Virus record (IMG/VR): IMGVR_UViG_3300032053_000019
Location: 34,440-98,439 of that record
Direction: 5' to 3' (one strand)
DNA: 64,000 nt
Source: a virus
Shown: positions 7,361-15,861 of the stretch, piece after piece
Layout: each line of letters starts with the position of its first letter
Position numbering within the stretch: position 1 is the first letter of the stretch
The notes under the pieces: generated by a model
What the model saw: only the letters and a program-made list of their open reading frames with translations
Databases searched by the model: none
What the model was told of the DNA's origin: nothing
Position numbers and translations under genes: made by a program

Positions 7361-8239
7361 ATGAGTTATGAGTCAGCAAGAAAACTATTGGGAAAAGTAC
7401 TTGATCGTGCCTGGTTGGTTGAGGTCCCAGGAGCAAGCTATAGGATACTGATTGCCTCTACTACCAATCTTCTCGAACGATTCGCTAGAGAGATTGGTAT
7501 TCCAATATCCTTTGCTGGAGGTTCCGAACGTTACCCCATGTCACCATCTATTCGTGTTTGGAAACAAACCCTCTATGACGCCTTGCAAGGAGGCGCTGAG
7601 CTGATCTCACAAAAGGACTTTGATCATATCTTTTGTGATCAGTGGGGATGCGGTATTAGTATTAACGGAAAGTATTATAGTCCAAAAGAGAGACCGGGCA
7701 TGGATGAGTGCCCGATTGATCAATTAAAAGAGGAGGTCCAAAAAATGGACAACACACCGGTTGATCTGAAGTTGGTTCATCGGTTCCAACTTCGGCCACA
7801 ACTTCGAAAGCTTTTGAGTGACCGAGCAAGGGAGGAGGTGGCAAAGTACCTTATGCCCTTCCGTGAAGGACGAGCCTCAGCAAAAATGTTTCAGGTATTG
7901 TTTGGTCGAAAGAGGAAGAAGGCAGACATAGGTGACGAAGCTGAAAAGGTTGCTCTCTTGGCTAGGGTTACTACAGGAACCGTTGATCGAGCAAAGAGTG
8001 GGCAACGTTGCTATACCAAGAACGGAGTGAAAGTATACTATGACATGGAAGTCACCGCTTCGGTGGGCCTTCTTTACGCGATTGGTATTCTCGAAAATCG
8101 TTCCATACTTAAAAAGTATGAGGACATGCTTTCCCCCACTCGTCGCCCCAAAGTTACTACTGACCGACTCTATACCAAAGCTGAGGTCGAAGAGGCAGTT
8201 GCGATTGCTTTAAAACAACTTCACGAGGGAAAAAAGTAA
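7361..8239 (+). CDS. hypothetical protein
   Basis: 292-aa ORF, RBS AGGAG, immediately after array. Confidence 0.75.
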   Translation: MSYESARKLLGKVLDRAWLVEVPGASYRILIASTTNLLERFAREIGIPISFAGGSERYPMSPSIRVWKQTLYDALQGGAELISQKDFDHIFCDQWGCGISINGKYYSPKERPGMDECPIDQLKEEVQKMDNTPVDLKLVHRFQLRPQLRKLLSDRAREEVAKYLMPFREGRASAKMFQVLFGRKRKKADIGDEAEKVALLARVTTGTVDRAKSGQRCYTKNGVKVYYDMEVTASVGLLYAIGILENRSILKKYEDMLSPTRRPKVTTDRLYTKAEVEEAVAIALKQLHEGKK

Positions 8240-8242
8240 CGG

Positions 8243-8812
8243 ATGAACTTCTTTACCGCCGACCCACACTTCAACCACGGGAACATCATCCGGCATTGTA
8301 ATCGTCCCTTCCGAAATGTCGAGGAGATGAACTCGACGATGATCATGAACTGGAATTCCAAAGTTCGTCCTGGTGATGTTGTCTATGTGATAGGTGACTT
8401 CGTGTGGGAGGGGTTTGGTGAGATCATTCCCAAACTCACTGGGGAGATTCATCTGATCCCAGGCGGGCATGACGAGCGACTACTCCAGTTCTTGAAACGA
8501 AACCCAGGACAGTCAAACCGGGATTGGCAGGAAAGACTAATTATACATCCTCCGATTCTGGAGAAAAGTTTTCCGATGGGAGGTCAGAATGAAAAAGTAA
8601 GAATCATTATGTGCCATTACAGCATGCGAGTTTGGTCGGCGAGTCATTATAACTCATGGCATTTGTATGGCCATAGTCACGGACGCCTTGCCGGTCAAGG
8701 TAAATCCTTTGACGTAGGGGTAGATGCCAATAACTTTTTCCCCTTGTCATTGGTTGAGGTTGCTGATATAATGAATCAACGACCTGATAATTTTAATCTC
8801 GTCCACAGATGA
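8243..8812 (+). CDS. calcineurin-like metallophosphoesterase
   Basis: ADPHFNH, IGDF, GGHD, YGHSH, DVGVD. Confidence 0.9.
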   Translation: MNFFTADPHFNHGNIIRHCNRPFRNVEEMNSTMIMNWNSKVRPGDVVYVIGDFVWEGFGEIIPKLTGEIHLIPGGHDERLLQFLKRNPGQSNRDWQERLIIHPPILEKSFPMGGQNEKVRIIMCHYSMRVWSASHYNSWHLYGHSHGRLAGQGKSFDVGVDANNFFPLSLVEVADIMNQRPDNFNLVHR

Positions 8813-8821
8813 GGAGGAACA

Positions 8822-9142
8822 ATGCCCAAAGCAAAAAAGGTAACCAAAGTAAAAGTACCAAAGCAATTGGTACAAGGAAAGAGAAGTACCGAGCGGCAGG
8901 AGTTTTTCAATAAACATGCCCTTACGATCGGATCCGTCTATGCCGAAGTCAAGTCGTGGAAGGCGACCTCGGCAAAAACAAAACTCCCCCAGTTAATGGT
9001 TGGTTATGTCTTGGCCCGCCTGCTTCCCGATCTGATCAAAGACAAGTATATCCAACGTATGGTCAGTTGTGACTGCTCGCCTGAAGCGGTGATCGCCCCG
9101 ACTCCTCCTGTAGAGGAACAGCCAAAGGCAGAGTCAGTCTGA
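8822..9142 (+). CDS. hypothetical protein
   Basis: RBS GAGGAGG, 106 aa. Confidence 0.7.
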   Translation: MPKAKKVTKVKVPKQLVQGKRSTERQEFFNKHALTIGSVYAEVKSWKATSAKTKLPQLMVGYVLARLLPDLIKDKYIQRMVSCDCSPEAVIAPTPPVEEQPKAESV

Positions 9143-9561
9143 TGGTTGAACTCTTCTATGAAGCAAAGTTCGATGCGGCCCACCGGTTAATGCACCACGA
9201 AGGCAAGTGCAAGAATCTTCATGGTCATACTTGGAGGGTCTCAATCGGAGTAGCAGGGAATCCAGATCCCAAGACGGGAATGGTAGTGGACTTCGCTATC
9301 CTAAAACTCTCGGCGATCAGTTTGGTCATGCACTACTTTGATCATGCTACCATCCTAAACTCCGCAGATCGTGAGTTGTGGATGGCTCTTGAGAAATACA
9401 AGTTGTTTCTCATTGATGGTGAACCCACCTGCGAGAATCTGGCCCGGATGATCTTCGATAAGATCAAAGAAAAACTTGACTGTTCACTTTTCACTTTCGT
9501 CCTGTCGTCAGTTACTGTGTGGGAATCAGAGACTTCCTCGGCCCGTTACTGCGGGCTCTAG
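9142..9561 (+). CDS. queD: 6-carboxy-5,6,7,8-tetrahydropterin synthase
   Basis: FDAAHRL, CKNLHGHTW, GMVVDF, FDH, PTCENLA, VWESE. Confidence 0.95.
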   Translation: MVELFYEAKFDAAHRLMHHEGKCKNLHGHTWRVSIGVAGNPDPKTGMVVDFAILKLSAISLVMHYFDHATILNSADRELWMALEKYKLFLIDGEPTCENLARMIFDKIKEKLDCSLFTFVLSSVTVWESETSSARYCGL

Positions 9562-9589
9562 TATAAAATCTCGAACAAGGAGTAAACAG

Positions 9590-9805
9590 ATGAGTAAGGT
9601 ACTGACACCAAGTCAACTGGTGGAGGAACGAGTGGGGCTTCTTGAAGGCGACTCACTCCCAACAAAGGTCATGAAGGAAAACTTAGTGGCTTTCCTTCAT
9701 GAGTTTTCCTACTTCACTGTCGCGGAGAAGCAAGCAGTTTTTGAGCATCTTGAGCTGGTCTCCCCCAATGCTAGAAGGGCCTTAGTAAGAGTATTCTCGA
9801 TCTGA
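9590..9805 (+). CDS. hypothetical protein
   Basis: RBS AAGGAG before ATG 9590. Confidence 0.6.
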   Translation: MSKVLTPSQLVEERVGLLEGDSLPTKVMKENLVAFLHEFSYFTVAEKQAVFEHLELVSPNARRALVRVFSI

Positions 9806-10149
9806 TCGTGAAGGAATACAAAGACACTCTCGGCATTATTAACGAGATTCCTGGTGAGTGCATTGATACCAGAAACCGAATCAAGGCCTGCCGAGAGTTC
9901 CTTTTTCGCAAGTTACAGGAACAGGAAAAAGGTACTAGTGATAAAAAAGTTCCTATGGAAAATTGTGATGGTCAATAACAAGGTGGTGTTTAATTATAAT
10001 AAGGCCTCATTGGGCCCTGATGGGCTCATCTTGTTTATAGGGATTCTATATTTTCTATTTTCTCAATGGGACACGATAGAGCGCTTTAGCGCTCTAGCGG
10101 GACCCAGTCCGAAACGGACCACGCGGCAAGGCCGCGTACAGGAACTTTA

Positions 10150-10899
10150 GTGACAGAAAAAAGATTTGCTCCTGCTGACCTCTCAGGAACTGAGATGGTA
10201 GGGTTCCTTTCAACCGAAAGTATTTACAAGCAAATTGCCACCCAGTTCAATGAGTTTTGTTGGTACTACCAAAAGCGTCCTAGTTGGTTTTACAAAGGCA
10301 CTATGTTGAGATCAGCCAGTTCGCGAGCAAAGGTCGAGGAGCAAATGCGAAAGTTGATTCTCCTATCAGTTGCCCTTGAAGCGGAGATTACGATCTTCAT
10401 GAAGGCCCAGTTCGAAATGTTGGTGCCTTATTTTTCAGCTAGGAAGATTCCGGTTCGTTTCGAAATGATGATTACTGACAAAGCCATTGATCGGTTCCTT
10501 CGGTACAAAGAAAGGATCAAGGCTCAGTTCAAACTCGAGTCAGATCGTGATCGGGAGTTCTACAAGGTTCCGAAGAAGGATCTGGTCACGGCGATCTTCA
10601 ACTCGGGAGAGGTATACCATTCGGTCCTGATCAAGAAACAGGAGCGACTGGGACGACTGCCGGAACCGGAGGAGGCATTGGAAATACTGGAGGTCATGGC
10701 ACGGGCAGGTATGGTAACCCGCCTTTACGTTGCCACCTCCCCGTTACTAAAGATGGTTGATGGGTGGTCGGAATTCTTAACCAAGCATATTTCGGACACC
10801 TGGGGGATGCTAACAAAAGAGGAATCATACGAACTGCAGAAAGTTCGGGATGAGTTAACCAAGACGATTGAAGAAAGTGAGGTAGGAAAGTATGTCTGA
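10150..10899 (+). CDS. hypothetical protein upstream of helicase (possible loader)
   Basis: 249-aa ORF overlapping helicase start; function from position only. Confidence 0.65.
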   Translation: MTEKRFAPADLSGTEMVGFLSTESIYKQIATQFNEFCWYYQKRPSWFYKGTMLRSASSRAKVEEQMRKLILLSVALEAEITIFMKAQFEMLVPYFSARKIPVRFEMMITDKAIDRFLRYKERIKAQFKLESDRDREFYKVPKKDLVTAIFNSGEVYHSVLIKKQERLGRLPEPEEALEILEVMARAGMVTRLYVATSPLLKMVDGWSEFLTKHISDTWGMLTKEESYELQKVRDELTKTIEESEVGKYV

Positions 10900-12256
10900 T
10901 CAAGAGACCTATACAAAAGATTTTACAGAAGAAATACAACAGCGTATTGTTGCTATGATGTTTTATGATCATGAGGCCTTCCTCATGGTGAAGGAGATAG
11001 TTAAGCCGGAATACTTTGAGAATCCTGTACTGGCTGATCTGGTTCGTCTCATGCTGAAGTACCATGATAAGTACAGTCGATGTATAGACATGGAAGAGTT
11101 GACTCAGGAACTCCTGACGTTTCTTGATAATTCAAAGCGTCCTCTTCCAAAGGAAGTTTATGTGGAGCAGTTTATTGCTCTTCTTACCGATGGTGCTGAC
11201 AAAAGTTATAGATACGTTCTAGATCAGGTGGTCGCATGGACTCAGTACCAGTTGGTCAAGATCGCAATCCTGAAAAGTATCAACCTACTGCAAAAGAAAA
11301 GGGACTATCCGGGGATACTTAAGGAAATTAAGGATGCGGTGTCCATCGGGGAGTCGACGCATGAGATGGGTTCGTTTTACTTTGAGGAACTGGAACAACG
11401 ATTGGCAGATCGGAAAGGTGGTTGGTGCAGGGGGGAAATTTCTATTCCGACAGGAATACCAATTCTTGATCGGCATCTAGGTGGTGGTTTGGCAAAGGGG
11501 GAGTTGGGTATTATTATGGGCCCAACGAAGAGAGGCAAGACAATTACTCTGGTAAACTTTGCCCGAGGTGCTTTACTTAAAGGCAAAAACGTCCTGCACA
11601 TCGGAATGGAAAGTAGTGCACGACGAACGATGGTCCTTTACGACGCCCACTTTTCGGGAGTGTCAAAAGAGAACTTGAAAGATAACGAGGATGTGATCCG
11701 AGAAAAGCTGGCGGAGACTCTGTCCACGATGCAGTGTGGTGTTCTTGTGGTAAAGAACTTTCCTCCTTTGAAGTGCTCCGCCGCTACGATTGAGGCCCAT
11801 CTTCAAAAACTTCGGAACTTGAAGAACCTCCAGGTAGACGTATTACTGCTAGACTACCTGGGATTGATGACCACGGCAGGCAAGCTACTTGATCGTGATG
11901 GAGGCCTATACTCGAAGTTGGGCCAGATCACGAAGGAGTTGTTGGCAGTTGCACAAGAGTATGATGTTGCGATCTGGTTAATACATCAGGCCAACCGGGG
12001 CACTTTGAGCAGAGGTGGTGAGAAGGAAGCGATTGGAATGGTGGACTCTGGGGACTCTATCGAACCCATGCGAGATGCCGATATTATCCTAACATTCAAT
12101 CAGTCGGAGGAAGAGGCGAAGATGGAGGCCGATAATGGGTACCAAGACTGCAGGATCTTTTCGGCTGGTGGTCGAGAAGTTGCTGACAAGTGGAGCATTC
12201 CATTAAAGATAAACAAGGGCAAGTGCCTGATCGTTGAGCCTGGAATGGAGATGTAG
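10892..12256 (+). CDS. replicative DnaB/gp41-like helicase
   Basis: IPTGIPILD, MGPTKRGKT, IGME, LLDYLGLM, HQANR, DADII. Confidence 0.92.
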   Translation: MSDQETYTKDFTEEIQQRIVAMMFYDHEAFLMVKEIVKPEYFENPVLADLVRLMLKYHDKYSRCIDMEELTQELLTFLDNSKRPLPKEVYVEQFIALLTDGADKSYRYVLDQVVAWTQYQLVKIAILKSINLLQKKRDYPGILKEIKDAVSIGESTHEMGSFYFEELEQRLADRKGGWCRGEISIPTGIPILDRHLGGGLAKGELGIIMGPTKRGKTITLVNFARGALLKGKNVLHIGMESSARRTMVLYDAHFSGVSKENLKDNEDVIREKLAETLSTMQCGVLVVKNFPPLKCSAATIEAHLQKLRNLKNLQVDVLLLDYLGLMTTAGKLLDRDGGLYSKLGQITKELLAVAQEYDVAIWLIHQANRGTLSRGGEKEAIGMVDSGDSIEPMRDADIILTFNQSEEEAKMEADNGYQDCRIFSAGGREVADKWSIPLKINKGKCLIVEPGMEM

Positions 12257-12258
12257 TC

Positions 12259-13212
12259 ATGCAGAAAGAAATATTGACCACTGAGCAGGTTTGGAGAATG
12301 GCCAAAGGTATCGTTGAAGATAATGTTTGCTTTCCTCCTGACATGATCATCGGCATCTCGCGGGGAGGAATCTACCCAGCCATGCTGGTTCAACGAATGC
12401 TATCGGAACGAACCTCTCAGAAATTTGACTTTCGTATTGTTGACCCATTCACTTCGGGCTGGATGGATGAGTTCATGGGAAAAAGAATTCTCCTCGTTGA
12501 TGACATTTGGGATACAGGCGCCACGATGCGATACTTTATAGATGAGGCAAAGAAGAAGGGACTTGCTGTTATACCAGCGGCCCTTGTTGTTAAGACGGAG
12601 GGGGAGAGAAAGCAGGAAGTTTGGTTTACCTTTCCCTGGGAAACGGAATCCGACGAACCCGGTGGACGGAAGCAGGCGACCATCACCTTACTCCGATCAA
12701 TCGGGGAGGACCCTCTGCGTGAGGGGCTTCGTGACACTCCTCGACGTGTTGCTAAAATGTGGGACGAACTGACCTGTGGTTATACCCAGGATCCGAAGAC
12801 CCTGTTAGATACCTCCTTCTCTTCTGAGTTGTATGATGAGATGGTCGTTCTGAAAGACATCAAGTTCTACTCAACTTGTGAGCATCACATGCTTCCCTTT
12901 TATGGTAAGGTTCACTTCGCCTACCTGCCCGATAAAAAAGTCGTGGGAGTTTCAAAGATTGCCCGTCTGGTCGAATGTTTCTCTAGGCGCCTTCAGATTC
13001 AGGAACGGATGACCGTGCAGATCGGGAAGGCGTTTGAGGCGGCGGTTGCTCCACTGGGGGTTGGTGTCTTGGTGGAGGGCGTGCACTTGTGCATGATGAT
13101 CAGGGGGGTGGAAAAGGAAAATGCCAAGATGGTCACCAACTATCTTAGTGGTAGTTTCCGTGATCGTCCGGAGGCTCGGGCGGAGTTCCTGAAGATCGTG
13201 GAGGCGACGTGA
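12259..13212 (+). CDS. folE: phosphoribosyltransferase - GTP cyclohydrolase I fusion
   Basis: N-term ISRGG, LLVDDIWDTGATM, FPWE (type I PRTase); C-term REGLRDTPRRV, CEHHMLPFYG, SKIAR, QIQERMT, HLCMMIRG. Confidence 0.93.
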   Translation: MQKEILTTEQVWRMAKGIVEDNVCFPPDMIIGISRGGIYPAMLVQRMLSERTSQKFDFRIVDPFTSGWMDEFMGKRILLVDDIWDTGATMRYFIDEAKKKGLAVIPAALVVKTEGERKQEVWFTFPWETESDEPGGRKQATITLLRSIGEDPLREGLRDTPRRVAKMWDELTCGYTQDPKTLLDTSFSSELYDEMVVLKDIKFYSTCEHHMLPFYGKVHFAYLPDKKVVGVSKIARLVECFSRRLQIQERMTVQIGKAFEAAVAPLGVGVLVEGVHLCMMIRGVEKENAKMVTNYLSGSFRDRPEARAEFLKIVEAT

Positions 13213-14216
13213 AAAACCAGTACCTGATGTCCAGCGTCTTTCTCACCAGACGGTGTCCCATGCACTGTGCCTACTGCAGTCTGCGGGACTCAAAGTTGGT
13301 CGACAAAGAATTGACTGCCAAGCAATGGGCCACCGCGTTTGAGGAACTTGACAAGGTGGGTTGTTCCTTTCATCTGATCCTGGGGAACGAACCCCTCCTT
13401 CTGAAAGGTCTGGTTGATCTGGTATGGTGGATGCGTGGACGAACCCCTTACGCAATCTATACAAGTGGCTATCCCTTGCTGATTGATAAGCACCTTCCGG
13501 CTCTGGTCGAAGCTGGTCTCCCGAATCTTAGTGGTGGGTGTGATAAGTTGATTACTGACCGCTCGCCTGCAACGGATATCGAGAGGAAGTCCAACTATGT
13601 CTTTAACGCACTTCAAAGGGCACGGGGTCTGGGGGTGAAGGATCTTCAGGGAACCATCACCCTATCAAAGTTGAATCTTGATAGTGTGGTTGATACTATC
13701 ACTACCCTCCATGAGGCGGGAATCTGGAGTGGGTTCAATATTATCCATTACAATACGGATGGGCAGTTCGATTTCTTCCCTGAGAAAGAGGCGATCAAGG
13801 ATCTCCTCTTTACTGAGGAGGACTGGCCGAAACTTCGTGAGGTGATGGGTCAGATTGTTTCAATGATAAAGTCAGGTGACTATATGATTCACCCACCTGC
13901 CGAATACTTCCAAGGGATTCTTGATCAGGGAGTTAATCTATCCTGGCACTGCACTCATCCTCTGGTCCTGTCGGTTGACTCGGATGGGAAGATGCGGTGT
14001 TGTGGTTATAGGCGCGGCACACGGTCACCTAACTATAGTGTCTTGAAGTTGAGCAAAAACTATGAGAAGTTTTTGGCGGACAATGCCCAGGATCGGAAGG
14101 AGTGCCCAGGATGCTATTGGTCATGCTACTGGATGGCTGAGTATTATTTTGCTAAGGATCCTGACTTCGGTATAAAAGTTTTCCAGTCTCACGCGACTAG
14201 GAGGAATGATGAGTAA
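13209..14216 (+). CDS. radical SAM protein with C-terminal SPASM/Twitch-like cysteines
   Basis: CPMHCAYC; C-terminal CTHP...DGKMRCC...CPGCYWSC. Confidence 0.88.
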   Translation: MKNQYLMSSVFLTRRCPMHCAYCSLRDSKLVDKELTAKQWATAFEELDKVGCSFHLILGNEPLLLKGLVDLVWWMRGRTPYAIYTSGYPLLIDKHLPALVEAGLPNLSGGCDKLITDRSPATDIERKSNYVFNALQRARGLGVKDLQGTITLSKLNLDSVVDTITTLHEAGIWSGFNIIHYNTDGQFDFFPEKEAIKDLLFTEEDWPKLREVMGQIVSMIKSGDYMIHPPAEYFQGILDQGVNLSWHCTHPLVLSVDSDGKMRCCGYRRGTRSPNYSVLKLSKNYEKFLADNAQDRKECPGCYWSCYWMAEYYFAKDPDFGIKVFQSHATRRNDE

Positions 14217-14928
14217 AGAAACAATCGTCATCACTGGTGCATCCACTGGTATCGGGCGGGCGGTCCTACTTCATTTGTTCGAGAAGTTTCCGGACGCCCG
14301 GTTCATAACAGCAAACCGGAAAATAATTTCTAAGGAGGAGTTGCCTGGGGATATCAAACTTATACAGTTTCCGATTGACCTGGGGGAGTGGGATAAGCTG
14401 TCTACATTGTGTAGATGGTTAGATGGATTGATTATTGATATTCTGGTGAACAATGCAGGGACGATGCCTTTTGCCGCTATAGGTTCAGTGGGTGTGGATG
14501 ATTATAACCAGACTCTGGATGTTAATCTACGAGCTCCCTTCTTCCTATCTCAGGCGTGCATTAGGCACATGCCGGGTGGTGGTCGAATCATCAATGTTGC
14601 TTCAATCGCCGGCGGGCCTTGGGTAGATCCGGATAGTTCAATCATACCTTATAGCATCAGTAAGGCCGGTGTGATCATGTTGACGAGACAGTTGGCAAAG
14701 GCCTTTCCCACACTGCGGATCAACTCAGTTTCACCTGGGTTGGTGGCAGGTACTAACATTGTTGGAGGTGAGCCCACACCGCAGTCCCTGATTGACACGG
14801 TCCCGATAAAGCGGGAGGTGACCACACAGGAGGTTGCCCGTCTGATCGGATTCCTATGCTCAAAGGATGCCGATTACATCACGGGTCAAGATATTGTCAT
14901 AGATGGTGGTAAGACTCTTTGGGGATGA
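14206..14928 (+). CDS. short-chain dehydrogenase/reductase 1
   Basis: TGASTGIG, NNAG, YSISK, INSVSPG, ITGQDIVIDGG. Confidence 0.92.
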   Translation: MMSKETIVITGASTGIGRAVLLHLFEKFPDARFITANRKIISKEELPGDIKLIQFPIDLGEWDKLSTLCRWLDGLIIDILVNNAGTMPFAAIGSVGVDDYNQTLDVNLRAPFFLSQACIRHMPGGGRIINVASIAGGPWVDPDSSIIPYSISKAGVIMLTRQLAKAFPTLRINSVSPGLVAGTNIVGGEPTPQSLIDTVPIKREVTTQEVARLIGFLCSKDADYITGQDIVIDGGKTLWG

Positions 14929-15656
14929 AGATGCTAAAACTAACACGAAACCTTATTGTTATCACCGGAGCGACTAGTGGTATTGGGTATGCTATCTTGA
15001 GAAGATTATATCATCAGTTTCCAGTTGCCCACTTTGTCAATATTGACAAGATACCCCTAGATATCCATGACCTTCCTATCGGATGTAATCTTTTACAATT
15101 AACTGCTGATCTCCGACTTGCCGGCGATCTGGTTTGGGCGTGTGATCAGATAGGCCTTGTCTCCCGACCGGTGGACCTCTTGGTGAATAATGCAGGGATA
15201 TGTCCCTTCCGAAGATTTGAGGAACTGAGTCCTAAGGAGTATGCGGAAACCATGGATGTTAATCTTCGCGCACCATTCTTCCTTTCACAAGTGTGTATTG
15301 CTCAGATGCCCGATGATGGACGGATCATTAACATAGCGTCAACCTCTGGGCATCGTCCGGAGACGGAACCCGAGTTGGTTGACTATAGTCTAAGTAAGGC
15401 CGGTGTGATCATGTTGACAAAGTCCCTGGCGAAACTTTATCCTCGACTTCGTATTAACTCTATCTCTCCGGGGTTTGTGGCGGGAACTGGACTATCTGGT
15501 GTTGCTGGTCTCCCTCCAGAATTGGCAAGTTTGGTTCCACTGAAAAGGTTTTGTCGTCCGGAGGAGGTTGCTGAAGTAGTTGCGTTTTTATGCTCTGACC
15601 AGGCTGATTATATCACTGGACATGACCTGGTGATTGATGGTGGGAAGATCCTTTAG
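14925..15656 (+). CDS. short-chain dehydrogenase/reductase 2
   Basis: TGATSGIG, NNAG, YSLSK, INSISPG, ITGHDLVIDGG. Confidence 0.92.
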   Translation: MKMLKLTRNLIVITGATSGIGYAILRRLYHQFPVAHFVNIDKIPLDIHDLPIGCNLLQLTADLRLAGDLVWACDQIGLVSRPVDLLVNNAGICPFRRFEELSPKEYAETMDVNLRAPFFLSQVCIAQMPDDGRIINIASTSGHRPETEPELVDYSLSKAGVIMLTKSLAKLYPRLRINSISPGFVAGTGLSGVAGLPPELASLVPLKRFCRPEEVAEVVAFLCSDQADYITGHDLVIDGGKIL

Positions 15657-15665
15657 GAGGAAACC

Positions 15666-15860
15666 ATGATACAACTTATTTATCTTGAGCAGGCACCCCA
15701 AACAAAACGACACTATCCCTGTTTTTATTATGTAGACGGGAAGGGAACTTATCATGCAGTTGCTCATGTTATAAAGGCACGGGGAGCTGACAAAGCAATG
15801 CGAGGGGCATTCGAATCGTTAGTGGGTTCTTTGTCAAAGTTAATACCAGAGGGGAAGTAG
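15666..15860 (+). CDS. hypothetical protein
   Basis: RBS AGGAGG. Confidence 0.6.
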   Translation: MIQLIYLEQAPQTKRHYPCFYYVDGKGTYHAVAHVIKARGADKAMRGAFESLVGSLSKLIPEGK

Positions 15861-15861
15861 G

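Noticed and set aside
7102-7371. 89-aa ORF over the downstream array
   Set aside because: Coincides with U6-U8; probably incidental, although translation cannot be excluded.
9772-9978. Possible amber (TAG) recoding suggested by an open frame after a TAG
   Set aside because: TAG terminates many clear genes (e.g. 850, 12256, 22897) and conserved genes are uninterrupted in the standard code; a GTG start at 9808 explains the frame.
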